A stretch of DNA of 64,000 nt from Anaerohalosphaeraceae bacterium (GCA_963675525.2 CAXXSL010000016.1:928001-992000), one strand, 5' to 3'; shown: positions 9,811 to 20,417, counted from the stretch's first letter. The notes: generated by a model from the sequence alone, not told the origin. A program made the numbers and translations.

Positions 9811-10719
9811 TTAAAAATGCTTGTTTTCGGGTTGCATGCTGACATTCATCGGGGGCGCAGTGCCGTCTTTATCCCGCCCCATATACAGTGTCGTATGCGG
9901 GAACGGGATTTCGATGCCCAGTTCGTCGAACTTTTTCTTCAGCCGGCGGTTGAACTCACGCGCGACGGCCCATTGGCGGATGGGTTTAGTTTTGGTGCGT
10001 GCTTTAATGATAACCGCCGAATCGGCGAATTGATCCAGCCCCAGGATCTCAATGGGTTCGAGAATGTCATATTTGTAGCCGGAATCATTTCGGAGGTCTT
10101 CGTCGACCAGCTTGATGACCTTGATGACCTCGTCCACATTTTCACGGTAGGCCACACCGATATCAAAGACATACCGTGAATATTCCTTGGTCATATTGGT
10201 CACCACATTGATTTCCCCGTTTCGAACAAAATGGACATTGCCCGCCAAATCCCGCAGGGTAATCATCCGCAGGTTGACATTCTCCACCAGTCCGCCTTTG
10301 TCGGCGATCTGGACCACGTCACCGACACGGATCTGGTCGTCCAGTAAAATAAAGAAACCCTGAATGATGTCTTTGACTAATTGCTGGGCGCCGAAACCGA
10401 TGGCGATGCCCACGACACCCGCCGCGGCCAGAATCGGCCCGATTTCAATACCGATTTCCTTCAGAACCATTAGTACGGCAACAATCACAATGGTCATGTT
10501 CAGCATATTTCGAGAAACCGACTTGAGCGTATCGGACCGCTTCTGAATCTCAACGTCGTCTTTATGATTTCTGAACAATTTATGAAAAAGACGGTCCATC
10601 AGGATTTGACAGGCTTTGATGGTAACGAGGGTCAAAATTAAAATAAGAAAAATGCGAAGACCGCTGGAAATTATCCACTCACCGGATTCCTGTAAAACTT
10701 TTTGGAAATCAAAACTCAC
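9811..10719 (-). CDS. MscS-family mechanosensitive channel (YbiO-like)
   Basis: GIAIGFGAQQLVKDIIQG, IRVGDVV, GIEIPFP. Confidence 0.9.
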   Translation of the reverse strand: MSFDFQKVLQESGEWIISSGLRIFLILILTLVTIKACQILMDRLFHKLFRNHKDDVEIQKRSDTLKSVSRNMLNMTIVIVAVLMVLKEIGIEIGPILAAAGVVGIAIGFGAQQLVKDIIQGFFILLDDQIRVGDVVQIADKGGLVENVNLRMITLRDLAGNVHFVRNGEINVVTNMTKEYSRYVFDIGVAYRENVDEVIKVIKLVDEDLRNDSGYKYDILEPIEILGLDQFADSAVIIKARTKTKPIRQWAVAREFNRRLKKKFDELGIEIPFPHTTLYMGRDKDGTAPPMNVSMQPENKHF

Positions 10720-10736
10720 TGTTCATTCCTTTCTGA

Positions 10737-12248
10737 TTATAAATACACTTTATCCATCAGCCGCGGGAAAGCGATGCACTGGCGGATATGCTTTTCGCCG
10801 GTGACCCAGGCGACCGTGCGCTCAACGCCGAGTCCGAATCCGCCGTGCGGGACCGAGCCGTATTTTCGAAGGTCCAGATACCACTGGTAATGTTCGGGGT
10901 CGTAGCCTTCTTCATGGACGCGGGCAAGCAATCTTTCGTGATCGTCTTCGCGCACGGAGCCGCCGATGATCTCGCCGAAGCCGGCGGAGGCCAGCAGGTC
11001 AAAGTTTTCCACGACGTTTTCATTCGTACGGTCCTGTTTCATATAAAAGGCCTTGGCCGCCCGGGGATAATGCGTGACAAAAACAGGGCGGTCGTGCATC
11101 AACGAGATGATGGTTTCGTCGGAACCTCCCAAATCTTTTCCCCAGCGAAATTCCGCGGCCAATTGGGCGTGTTTAGGATTATTTTCGATCTTGATGTTTA
11201 ACTCGTCCAGTTCGCTGCGGACTTGGAGCATCCGGCGGGTGTTTTTGTCCTGCTGCCACTTTTTCAAACGGCCCTTGGACTGCGCCGCTTCGATGTCGGC
11301 CAGTTCCTGCTCAAGTTTTTTCTTGTCAACCTGAAATTCATCGAGCTGCTTTGCCATAAATTCCTTCGTTCTGTCACTGGTCAAAATGTCCGCCACCTCG
11401 GTATAGGTCAGCCGGACAAACGGTTTTTGTATCGCTTCCAGCGCGGTGATGTCTGCCTCTAATGTTTCCAGCTCCGAACGATTGTCTTTCAACACACGCT
11501 GAATGATTGAATGGACAAAATTCTCCGCCAGAGACAACAGGCCTTCCAGGTCAATATAGGCCACTTCCGGCTCGACCATCCAGAATTCCGTCAGGTGACG
11601 GCGGGTTTTGCTTTTTTCCGCGCGAAAAGTCGGTCCGAAACAATACACCTTGCCGAAACTCATGGCCGCCGATTCCAGGTACAACTGTCCCGTCTGCGCC
11701 AAATGCAAAGGCTGGCCGAAGTAGTCCACTTCGAACAAAGTTTGCTCGCCTTCACCGGCAATCGTCGTGAAGATCGGCGTATCCACCAGCGTAAATCCGT
11801 TGTCATTGAAAAACCGGCGGATCGTGTCAATTACTGTATGCCGAATCCGGCCGATGCACCACGGTCTCAAACTTCGCAAATGCAGGTGCCGGTTTTTCAG
11901 CAGAAAATCGATCCCGTGTTCCTTCGGGGTAATCGGATAATCCACCGCACCGCAGTGGATGTCCGCACTTGTTACCGCCAGTTCCACACCGCCCGGGGAA
12001 CGTTCTTCCTGACGCACCAAACCTGTTACCGACAGCGATGACTCCTGCCCCAGATGCTTGATTTGCTCAAACAGGTCTTCGCCGATAGTGTCTTTTTCGA
12101 TGACACACTGACACAGCCCCGTGCCGTCACGCAGAACCAGGAACTGCACTTTGCCGCTGGGACGGTTTGTATACAGCCACCCGCTTAAGGTTGCGTCCTT
12201 TCCAACAAACGTCTTTAATTGGTCAATTGAAGTTTTCATCTGCATCAC
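10737..12248 (-). CDS. asnS: Asparagine--tRNA ligase
   Basis: FLVLRDGTG OB-fold, GPTFRAEKSKTRRHLTEFWMVEPE, YGSVPHGGFGLGVER. Confidence 0.95.
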   Translation of the reverse strand: MMQMKTSIDQLKTFVGKDATLSGWLYTNRPSGKVQFLVLRDGTGLCQCVIEKDTIGEDLFEQIKHLGQESSLSVTGLVRQEERSPGGVELAVTSADIHCGAVDYPITPKEHGIDFLLKNRHLHLRSLRPWCIGRIRHTVIDTIRRFFNDNGFTLVDTPIFTTIAGEGEQTLFEVDYFGQPLHLAQTGQLYLESAAMSFGKVYCFGPTFRAEKSKTRRHLTEFWMVEPEVAYIDLEGLLSLAENFVHSIIQRVLKDNRSELETLEADITALEAIQKPFVRLTYTEVADILTSDRTKEFMAKQLDEFQVDKKKLEQELADIEAAQSKGRLKKWQQDKNTRRMLQVRSELDELNIKIENNPKHAQLAAEFRWGKDLGGSDETIISLMHDRPVFVTHYPRAAKAFYMKQDRTNENVVENFDLLASAGFGEIIGGSVREDDHERLLARVHEEGYDPEHYQWYLDLRKYGSVPHGGFGLGVERTVAWVTGEKHIRQCIAFPRLMDKVYL

Positions 12249-12291
12249 TTTCCCTGAAAAAATTTTTATGCTTCGTAAAAACGATTAAATT

Positions 12292-12383
12292 GAGTGGCAT
12301 TGCTTCTCCCGGCGCGCCGGGAAAGCGATGGATAAACCGGACAACACCATGCCTTTCGCCTCCAGCGAGAAGGCATGCCACCC
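12292..12383. repeat. Inverted pair of REP-like palindromes
   Basis: GAGTGGCATtgCTTCTC..GAAAGcgATG (12292-12330) versus reverse-strand GGGTGGCATgcCTTCTC..GAAAGgcATG (12347-12383). Confidence 0.6.
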
Positions 12384-12448
12384 GACACAAACATCTTTAC
12401 AGAGCAAAAACTTATGTCGTGAGCATAGAATACCACGAATGTTTGAAG

Positions 12449-12525
12449 AACGCAAGGGCGCAAGCCCTGCGAATAGAACATTAAAACCTGACCTGCGATT
12501 TTCGCACGGCTGGCGCCGTAGCGTT
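12449..12525. repeat. Second inverted pair of REP-like palindromes
   Basis: AACGCAAGGGCGCAAGCCCTGCGAA versus reverse-strand AACGCTACGGCGCCAGCCGTGCGAA. Confidence 0.6.
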
Positions 12526-12535
12526 TTCATGGATG

Positions 12536-14149
12536 TCAATTGTCCATCGAGGATGTTTGTTTTACCTTGACCGCCTCATCAAAATCGTCCGTGTCCTCTC
12601 GCGGCCAGAATACGATGTCATCTTTGTTTTCTGCCGGAATATTCATTCCGTTATCGTCGATGCCGTTTGGGCCGAGACTGTAAATCCCAAAGCCGTCTCC
12701 GACTTGCTGGTAAGCGAACGGCTTGCCGTGGACCGGGTCGGTCAAAATATCTGTCCCGACCGCCAGTTCGTTCAGTTCCTCGGGCCAGCGGTTGTGCTCA
12801 AGCTGATAGTGCTTCAACCCCACAAATATCTGCATCAGGTTTTCCAGTGCATCGTGGCGTTTGTCCTGTCCGTCCAGCGCCCAGAACCACTTGACCTGCT
12901 GCATCGCCTGCCAGTCCACAGGTGTCCGGCAGTTCCATCCCATCTGCCAGATGTGCTGGGGCGCAATATATTCCTGCACGTGGCCCTTTTGCGTCTGGAG
13001 TGAATAATAATCAAACCGCTTGTCGATCAGGTCCGCCATCCCGTCCGGTGTAAACGGCAGACTCAGCCGCAGTCCGATCACTGCCAGCCGGTTCATTTCA
13101 GGCTCTTTCAAAAACAGCCGCCGGGGCCGAAAGCCCAGGCCTTCCTGCATGGCGTGTATGGCTTGGCGCGTAATGCGTATGCGGCCGTCGTTATTAACTT
13201 CGTAAAACACCCCTGCGATATTTTTGACCATCAGTTTTTCCCGTTCGACGATCGCCTGCCAGCTCTTGGCCCAGCCGCTGTCCAGTTCCAGAAACGCTGC
13301 TTGAATGGTTTCCAGTGTTGCCGGGTCATTGCAATGCTCAATAATGGTTCTTTCCAGTGCCCGACTGGCCAGCAGTTCGATATGAAACGCCCCCGTCTGG
13401 TCAAACAGACTTTGCTGGCTATACAGGTGCTGGGCAATGCGCACCACGGCCAATTGTTTTTCCAAAGCCTGCTCAAAACGTCCTTCGCCCAGATCCAGAT
13501 TGGCCGAACGCAGCAGCAGGCGCGCCCAGCCTTTTAGTTGGTTGATCCGCTTTTGCTGTGCCTGCATTGCCTTGAGATCGTGAACAATCGCAAACCGGCA
13601 TCGGTCCATCTTGCTGGTTTCCAGAAGCTGAGCAATCCCCTCATCGAATGTTTTCAGCCAAAGCGCCAGCTTCGGGTACTCCTGGCTGCGCCACGGTCCG
13701 TTAAAGGTCGCATCCTCACCTTGCCGGCTCATGAAATGATAGCCGAAGACACTTTCACCGTAATCGGCCAGAACCTGCTCGTACTGCATCGCGGCATTAT
13801 CATCCGGGGCCATCTGCCAGTCGGCGCTGAGGACCTCGCGTTCCGTCTCAAACTGGTAAGCGTGCCAGTCACTGCGGCTCTGGCCGGGCAGTTGAATCCA
13901 GATATAGATTCCTATGAAACCGGCCAGCGGCAGCAGCCACACCCATACTAGTAGTTTTCGAGGGACCGTGATTCCCAGCACCGGCACCAGTGCCAGCACC
14001 GTCGTGACCTTCCACGGCAGTTTCCGCGTGATTGCCAGCAGCAGGACCGCAATTAATAGAAAAAGACTGACAAACCGCAGGAACCACAAAAATCCCTGCC
14101 GCACCTTAAAGGCCGTCTGTCTGAATTGTTGTAAAGCCTCTCGGTCCAT
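12536..14149 (-). CDS. Membrane-anchored hypothetical protein with GspG-like C-terminus
   Basis: N-terminal TM helices; C-terminal WPEELNEL..DPVHGKPFAY..IYSLGPNGIDD. Confidence 0.6.
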   Translation of the reverse strand: MDREALQQFRQTAFKVRQGFLWFLRFVSLFLLIAVLLLAITRKLPWKVTTVLALVPVLGITVPRKLLVWVWLLPLAGFIGIYIWIQLPGQSRSDWHAYQFETEREVLSADWQMAPDDNAAMQYEQVLADYGESVFGYHFMSRQGEDATFNGPWRSQEYPKLALWLKTFDEGIAQLLETSKMDRCRFAIVHDLKAMQAQQKRINQLKGWARLLLRSANLDLGEGRFEQALEKQLAVVRIAQHLYSQQSLFDQTGAFHIELLASRALERTIIEHCNDPATLETIQAAFLELDSGWAKSWQAIVEREKLMVKNIAGVFYEVNNDGRIRITRQAIHAMQEGLGFRPRRLFLKEPEMNRLAVIGLRLSLPFTPDGMADLIDKRFDYYSLQTQKGHVQEYIAPQHIWQMGWNCRTPVDWQAMQQVKWFWALDGQDKRHDALENLMQIFVGLKHYQLEHNRWPEELNELAVGTDILTDPVHGKPFAYQQVGDGFGIYSLGPNGIDDNGMNIPAENKDDIVFWPREDTDDFDEAVKVKQTSSMDN

Positions 14150-14176
14150 TTGATTCGTCTCACTGTGAACTTATTT

Positions 14177-14635
14177 TTATTCCATACGAATTTTTACGAC
14201 GATTTTTTTAACGCGTTCAGCTTTTTCCGTGATGAGTTGCGGCATGTGCGGTTCGTTTGGCCAGAAAATTGCGAACATGCCGGCCTTTAGAATCAGTCGG
14301 CTCATTGACGGCGTTGCCTCATAAAAGGCGCGGTCTTTTTCGCCGTCATAAGGTGCTTGTTCGACTAAACCGGCCAGCGGTGCCACAGCGATGCATTCAC
14401 AGCCGGAAACAATAAACTGAATATCCATGTATTTGTGATGGATCTCCAGCCGGCCTTCGTCAAACGGCTTGGTTTCATATTCGTCAACGATATAAAAAAT
14501 GTCGTCGCCATCAACCTCATATTTACCCGCCGCTGCTTCGCGAACACTTTCCTCGTTCAGCAGCGCCAGTCCGATCGCAATCTTCCGCCCCAATCCCCCA
14601 TACAACAACGCATTATTAAGTTGATCGAGTATCAT
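14177..14635 (-). CDS. YhcH/YjgK/YiaL (DUF386) family protein
   Basis: EIHHKYMDIQF, FAIFWPNEPHMP, VKKIVVKI. Confidence 0.9.
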   Translation of the reverse strand: MILDQLNNALLYGGLGRKIAIGLALLNEESVREAAAGKYEVDGDDIFYIVDEYETKPFDEGRLEIHHKYMDIQFIVSGCECIAVAPLAGLVEQAPYDGEKDRAFYEATPSMSRLILKAGMFAIFWPNEPHMPQLITEKAERVKKIVVKIRME

Positions 14636-14652
14636 TGATTCATTCCTTTTGA

Positions 14653-15288
14653 TTAATTATAATATAAATACAACGCTTCATTTGTGTTTGGGTCATGTAT
14701 TATATATTCAGAAAAATATTCTTCTCGATCATCCATGACAAATGCTTCTGCGTTTTCAAAAGAGCCCAGTCTAAACCGTGGTCTATCAATCGAGATTGAA
14801 AAACTATTTGAGCTATTTGATGGTGTTAGTTCATATCTTACTACACTACTTAGTTGTTGAACCGTTATTGACGCAGGAATTAATTTTTTGCTTTGAATAA
14901 TTTTGTTCAGGTCATCCCTATTGATGTTGAATTTGACATAATGTGAACAATCAGAGGGCCCGTCTATGGAAGAGGCACTTTTTAGATTACTAACGGACTC
15001 CGGGATTGGATTTGAAATAAGTCTCTTAAAAAGAATCGGAGCAGGAGGGTAATAAGTAAGCCAGAAAATTAAAAATATTACCACAATAGAAAAAATTCTG
15101 GCAACAATCTCGGATCGTTTTTCTTTGTTTGGGAATAATAAATTCAGGACTAAATTGATAAGAACATATAAAGGAATGCCAATGACGATACCATATACAA
15201 ATGCCAAGATATAACCGGGGCCACTATCTCGAAAAAAGACTGCACATAATATTCCAGCTAAAATGATCTGGCCATAATGCTTTTTCAT
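14653..15288 (-). CDS. AT-rich hypothetical membrane protein
   Basis: Three TM segments followed by a soluble domain; much lower GC than its neighbours. Confidence 0.6.
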   Translation of the reverse strand: MKKHYGQIILAGILCAVFFRDSGPGYILAFVYGIVIGIPLYVLINLVLNLLFPNKEKRSEIVARIFSIVVIFLIFWLTYYPPAPILFKRLISNPIPESVSNLKSASSIDGPSDCSHYVKFNINRDDLNKIIQSKKLIPASITVQQLSSVVRYELTPSNSSNSFSISIDRPRFRLGSFENAEAFVMDDREEYFSEYIIHDPNTNEALYLYYN

Positions 15289-15434
15289 TAATATCCTTCT
15301 GTTACATTCACCCGATAAAAATAGAGCAAACAAGAGTGCGGCGGCGCAAACCGTTCGATACTTGATGTTGCTTCATCGGGCGACTCACGTCGCCGCGCTT
15401 TTATTAAAAATTCCGTGCAAATCCGCGGTTGAAA

Positions 15435-16913
15435 CTACAAATCCAGTTTTTCTCGGAGGTAAGTTTTTATCTGGTCGATGTTGATCCGGGTTTGCTCCAT
15501 GCTGTCTCTTTCGCGGACGGTGACGGTGTTGTCTTCCTTTGTCTGGCCGTCGATGGTCAAACAGTAGGGCGTGCCCGCCTCATCCTGTCGGCGGTAGCGT
15601 CGTCCGACCGCACCCTTCTGGTCATAGAATGTCGCAAAGCTGCCTTTCAAATCATCATACAGCTTCGTCGCGATTTCCGGCATGCCGTCCTTTTTTACCA
15701 GCGGGAACACCGCCGCCTTGATCGGGGCCAAATGCGGATGAAATCGCAGCACACTTCGCGTGTCGCCCTTGACCTCTTCCTCGTCGTACGCATCGACCAA
15801 AAACGCCAGCGTACTGCGGTCCACGCCTGCCGACGGTTCAATGACGTACGGAATGTACCGCTCCTTGGCCTCTTCATCGAAGAACGACAGCGGCCCCTTG
15901 TGGTATTCGGGGTTTTCATCTTTAAGCGAAATTTTCAGCAGATCGCCTTTATTCTCGTACCAGTCGTTCATCGTTTTCATCCCGCGCTGATGCTGCCGCA
16001 GGTCGTAGTCCGTTCGGTTGGCCACGCCTTCCAGTTCCTGCCAGTCACCCTGACCGAACGGGAACTTGTATTCGACATCCACGCACGCCTTGGCATAGTG
16101 CGCCAATTCGTCCGGGTCGTGGTCGCGAAACCGCAGGTTCTCTTTGCGGATACCGAGATTCAGATACCAGTTGAACCGCTGCTGTTTCCAGTGTTCGTAC
16201 CATTCTTCATCCGTTCCCGGCTTGCAGAAAAATTCCAATTCCGCCTGCTCAAATTCGCGCGTGCGGAAAATAAACGCCTTCGTCGTGACTTCATTGCGGA
16301 AGGATTTACCAATTTGCCCAATGCCGAAGGGGATTTTCACGCGCGTCGAGTCCAGCACATTGCGGAAATTGGCAAAGATGCCCTGTGCCGTTTCCGGCCG
16401 CAGGTACAGCGTCATCTGGTCGTCGGCGTTGGCCCCCATCTGCGTTTCGAACATCAGCTTAAATGCCATCGGTTCACCAAACTGGCCGACGGTTTGACAC
16501 GCCGGACACACCTTATTCGACAGGTCGTGTGCCTTGCCCGCCTCGGTCTCGATGTTGACGTGTTCGGTATGCTCGTCGGCGCCACCGTCGGTTTTGTCCT
16601 GCAGATGATCCACACGGGTGCGGGTGTTGCACTTCTTGCAGACCGTCACCAAATCGGCGAATTTGTCGGCGTGGCCGGAGGATTTCCACACCATCGGATG
16701 CATTAAAATCGAGCAGTCCAGCCCCACCACGTCGTCCCGCATCTGCACGACCGCCTTCCACCAGGCATTGCGGACGTTGCGTTTGAGCTCCGCGCCCAGC
16801 GGGCCGTAATCGTAGCAGGATGCCAAGCCGCCGTAAATCTCGCTGGATTGATAAATAAATCCCCGCCGCTTGCACAGCGACACAATATCGTCAAGTTTCG
16901 CCAATTTTGCCAT
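15435..16913 (-). CDS. glyQS: Glycine--tRNA ligase (alpha2 type)
   Basis: YDYGPLG, LRPETAQG, GKSFRNE, FRTREFEQ, IEPSAG, GRRYRRQDEAGTP. Confidence 0.95.
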   Translation of the reverse strand: MAKLAKLDDIVSLCKRRGFIYQSSEIYGGLASCYDYGPLGAELKRNVRNAWWKAVVQMRDDVVGLDCSILMHPMVWKSSGHADKFADLVTVCKKCNTRTRVDHLQDKTDGGADEHTEHVNIETEAGKAHDLSNKVCPACQTVGQFGEPMAFKLMFETQMGANADDQMTLYLRPETAQGIFANFRNVLDSTRVKIPFGIGQIGKSFRNEVTTKAFIFRTREFEQAELEFFCKPGTDEEWYEHWKQQRFNWYLNLGIRKENLRFRDHDPDELAHYAKACVDVEYKFPFGQGDWQELEGVANRTDYDLRQHQRGMKTMNDWYENKGDLLKISLKDENPEYHKGPLSFFDEEAKERYIPYVIEPSAGVDRSTLAFLVDAYDEEEVKGDTRSVLRFHPHLAPIKAAVFPLVKKDGMPEIATKLYDDLKGSFATFYDQKGAVGRRYRRQDEAGTPYCLTIDGQTKEDNTVTVRERDSMEQTRINIDQIKTYLREKLDL

Positions 16914-17229
16914 CTATCTGTTCCTTATATCAATTGTTCCGGTTTTCGGGATATCAGGCGGATCAGTATACACAAATTAGTGAAAAATACAAGTTTGAAC
17001 CTTTTAGAAGCGTTTTTTGGCTGAAACAGGAAAAATATTTGCCGATAACCGATGAAAATGATATGATTATAAAGAATTCTGAAGAATAACAGCAAAGGAG
17101 GAACTGCTGCCGTGAGAGCGAGAGGACAATTTCGGCTTTGGGGGGGCCGCCTGTCTGGTGTTGCGCATTTGAATCTTCTTTATGCAATCGACCTATTTCA
17201 AGTTTACACCCGGTTCAGGAGCGACTTGC

Positions 17230-18816
17230 ATGGATAATACGGCTACATTTACAGGAAACACGCAAAAAGTTGTTCGTTTTCGATGTACAGGGTGTAATAC
17301 TTCCTTGAAGGCGCCGGGATATTATGCGGGCAAAAAAGTCAAATGTGCCAAGTGCTCACAATCGCTGCAGGTACCGGCTTTGCAGGAAGTCCAGAAAGTG
17401 GTTCAGGATTTGAATTCTGTGATCTGTATTTGCGCCTCCTGCAAACATGTCTTTAAAAAAGCACTGGCCGAGCCGGATCATCGAATTGAATGTCCGGATT
17501 GCGGTTATGTTTTTGATGTGACCAGTGAGGTCGGACAGGTCAGTACTGATGATATTCTGCGTTTCCAGTGCGATTTTTGCCGGCAGAACTTTTGCGTTCT
17601 GTCGAAATATGCCGGCAAGAAGTTCCGGTGTTTGAATTGCCGGGACTTTCTGGTGATCCCAAAAGTGTCCACCAATCAGCTTGAACTGGTCAATCCGAAA
17701 TTGCTTGAAAGCTCCGGCAATGAAGATGCAAACCGCGATGGAGCACCTGTGTATCAACTTAAGCAAGAGGATGATGAGCCGGACGTTTTGCCGCCGCAGG
17801 AATTTGATATGAACCAGCTTCAACCGGCGACAACCTCTCGTCGAGGTAAAAAAAAGACAAAAGCTCAGGACGTTTCCGTCATGTCCAAATTGAAGATACC
17901 TCTGATCGCGGTGGCAGGGGTTCTTGGATTTTTGATCGGTTTTTTAGTTGTCAGCAGTTTATTCAAAGGTTCTGCTGAGAAGGAAGCGGTCCCGGTCCAG
18001 GTTCCGGAAGCGATTGCAATGGCTGAAGAGATCATTACGCAGCTTCATCAGATGAAGATCGATGAAGTGGCGGACATTTTTTCGGACGAGGTGATGGTCG
18101 ATGCCGGTTTGGTGCGGGAGTTGGCGTACTCGGTAAGCCTGGGCACGATCGATAAGATCGATTCGACCGTCACGTTTTCCCGCATTGAGGAAGGCGCTGC
18201 CGGTTATATTGTTGAGTCGGCTGTAACCTATGCCGGGCAATTTACGCGTACGTTACAGTCGGGATTTGTTATGGGGGAGCAAATAGTTCCGGATGATGAG
18301 GGCTATTATGATAACCAGGCGTATCGTTCATTAATGAGTCTGGCTGTTCTGGATTCAGATGGGACGGAATTGAACGCAATCGGTGAAACGACAGATTATC
18401 TGATTACGAAACTGAATACCTTTGTGGACGAAAACAGCACAATTTCAGCCGAAGCCTTGGGGATGTTTAGCTGTGGATTCATGTTTGGTTTGCTGTGTGT
18501 TCTTTTGCTTGTGCTTATATGCCAGGCAATGGTCTTCAGTAAGGCCGGCGAGCCCGGCTGGGGGGCTTTTGTACCAATCTATAACGTTGTCATTATGGCT
18601 CGAATTGCCGGTGAATCTGAAGCAAAGGGGCTGTTTTGTGTCTTTTCCGGATTTATTCCTTTTGTTGGGGGCTTCATTCAGACGTGGCTGATGATTACCT
18701 TTTCGATCGGGATAGCAAATAATTTCGGAAAAGGAACGCTCTTCGGCTTGGGATTGGCTTTTCTGCCGTTTATCTTCTATCCTATCCTTGCTTTCTCCGG
18801 CGGGTCCTATGATTGA
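17230..18816 (+). CDS. Triple zinc-ribbon membrane protein with C-terminal DUF5684-like domain
   Basis: Three CxxC..CxxC ribbons (e.g. CTGC..AGKKVKCAKC), a TM helix, and FSKAGEPGWGAFVPIYN; AGGAG RBS. Confidence 0.7.
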   Translation: MDNTATFTGNTQKVVRFRCTGCNTSLKAPGYYAGKKVKCAKCSQSLQVPALQEVQKVVQDLNSVICICASCKHVFKKALAEPDHRIECPDCGYVFDVTSEVGQVSTDDILRFQCDFCRQNFCVLSKYAGKKFRCLNCRDFLVIPKVSTNQLELVNPKLLESSGNEDANRDGAPVYQLKQEDDEPDVLPPQEFDMNQLQPATTSRRGKKKTKAQDVSVMSKLKIPLIAVAGVLGFLIGFLVVSSLFKGSAEKEAVPVQVPEAIAMAEEIITQLHQMKIDEVADIFSDEVMVDAGLVRELAYSVSLGTIDKIDSTVTFSRIEEGAAGYIVESAVTYAGQFTRTLQSGFVMGEQIVPDDEGYYDNQAYRSLMSLAVLDSDGTELNAIGETTDYLITKLNTFVDENSTISAEALGMFSCGFMFGLLCVLLLVLICQAMVFSKAGEPGWGAFVPIYNVVIMARIAGESEAKGLFCVFSGFIPFVGGFIQTWLMITFSIGIANNFGKGTLFGLGLAFLPFIFYPILAFSGGSYD

Positions 18817-18882
18817 GATGGCCGATCAATTATGAACACGGATTTTCAGTATAAAATTTGAACTCAGGAAGGAATTGTAAAA

Positions 18883-19317
18883 ATGGAGATGCAACCGGCG
18901 GTTTTGGATTCTGATCAGCAGCATTTACGGCTGCTCTCTATTTTTCATTACGTGGCAGGAGGGCTCTTATATCTGTTTGGATTCTTTCCGATCATTCATT
19001 TATTGATGGGCATCTTGATGCTGAGCGGTGTGATGGATTCTGAAAATCAGCCAGATGAGGCAATGCTGCGTGTTATGGGGTGTTTCTTTTTGATTTTCCC
19101 ACTTCTGTTTATGATGGCAGCATGGACACTGGCGACACTGATCATTGTAAGCGGCCGCAAGCTGGCCAGGCGAGTATCCTATACCTTTTGCCTTGTTATT
19201 GCCGGGATCGAATGCGTCTTTATGCCGTTTGGGACCGTACTGGGGATTTTCACGATCATTGTTTTGTGCAGGCCCAGCGTCAAGGAGATATTTGTGCAAA
19301 AGAAAAGTGCGGCTTAA
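18883..19317 (+). CDS. Hypothetical membrane protein
   Basis: HLRLLSIFHYV; PFGTVLGIFTIIVL.RPSVK; hydrophobic throughout. Confidence 0.7.
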   Translation: MEMQPAVLDSDQQHLRLLSIFHYVAGGLLYLFGFFPIIHLLMGILMLSGVMDSENQPDEAMLRVMGCFFLIFPLLFMMAAWTLATLIIVSGRKLARRVSYTFCLVIAGIECVFMPFGTVLGIFTIIVLCRPSVKEIFVQKKSAA

Positions 19318-20417
19318 GGGACCAGAAAGATATCATCAGGCTCTTTGGGCATTTCTTTACCGCCGTAAGTATTTACGCCGTAAATGGTGTAGATATCATC
19401 ACCTTTGATAACGCGAGCCTTGACCCACTCGACACTCTCATCACAACGCAGGATATTCTGACCCTTGCCGCAGTGACTCGAACTAAGCATCTGCTTGAGC
19501 TGATCATTGAGAAGGATTTTTTCAAATTCATTCAATTGTTCGTAGTTGTTTTGTCCGGAAGGGATATCCTTGAAGACGGGATTCAGGTCAGCGGCAATAA
19601 TTTTCCGGCGGCGCTGCATGGTGTCGGCATTTTTATCGCAGAAAAGCATAAAACTGTAGCTGATATTGTTGCGGGAAGGAAAATCAACGAAACCGCCCAT
19701 TTTGACGGGGTCGTACTGTACGGGGCTGGCACCGATGTTGCCTCTGCATACAAAGACCTTGCCCTTGACATAGCCCTGTTTGACGAGTTGCCAGGGATAA
19801 CGCGTATTCGAGTGTGAATCAGAACCCTGATAACCGATCTTCCACCAGGGAGCCCCGGCCTGAACTCTGGATTCGGCAATTTTGTCTTGATCGTCATTGG
19901 CAAATGCTGAAAAGGCCCGGCCGATGTCTTTGAAGTTGTTCGTGCAGGCAACTTGGCGGCTGTGCTGCCGCATGGCTCCGGCTGTAGGGAACAAGACACT
20001 GAAGATGAGAACAATCGCTGCGGCGGTTGCCAATAACTCTCCGACGCGGTGATGGAATTTAAGATTGCCGGTTGTCTGGGATTCTTGAGGTTTACGTAAA
20101 GGTTCTTCGAATGAAACAGGATGATTCGCTTGTTGCTCTTTTTCGAGTAATTCGTGGAGGCGGGAGGGCTTATTCTGCTTTTTCACGGATGCGGCCAGCT
20201 TCAGACGGGCGATTGTCAAATCGACCAGATTATCGGGGCAGGGTTCGTATTTTATGCTGTCCAAATCGGTGAGCGTTTCTTCTAGTTTAGCATAAAGCTT
20301 TGCCGCTCCGGGGTTTGCGGCGATTAAATCCCGTCCGTTATCAATGTCGTTTTCTTGCCCGCAACGAAAGTAAAAGTCTAAAACTAGTTCTTGTTCTTCA
20401 TGACTCAAATGGTTCAT
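19314..20417 (-). CDS. Putative anti-sigma factor with DUF1559/pilin-like C-terminal domain
   Basis: ATGA overlap with the sigma gene; TM helix then CTNNFKDIG and a terminal SH..GQNIL..D motif. Confidence 0.6.
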   Translation of the reverse strand: MNHLSHEEQELVLDFYFRCGQENDIDNGRDLIAANPGAAKLYAKLEETLTDLDSIKYEPCPDNLVDLTIARLKLAASVKKQNKPSRLHELLEKEQQANHPVSFEEPLRKPQESQTTGNLKFHHRVGELLATAAAIVLIFSVLFPTAGAMRQHSRQVACTNNFKDIGRAFSAFANDDQDKIAESRVQAGAPWWKIGYQGSDSHSNTRYPWQLVKQGYVKGKVFVCRGNIGASPVQYDPVKMGGFVDFPSRNNISYSFMLFCDKNADTMQRRRKIIAADLNPVFKDIPSGQNNYEQLNEFEKILLNDQLKQMLSSSHCGKGQNILRCDESVEWVKARVIKGDDIYTIYGVNTYGGKEMPKEPDDIFLVP

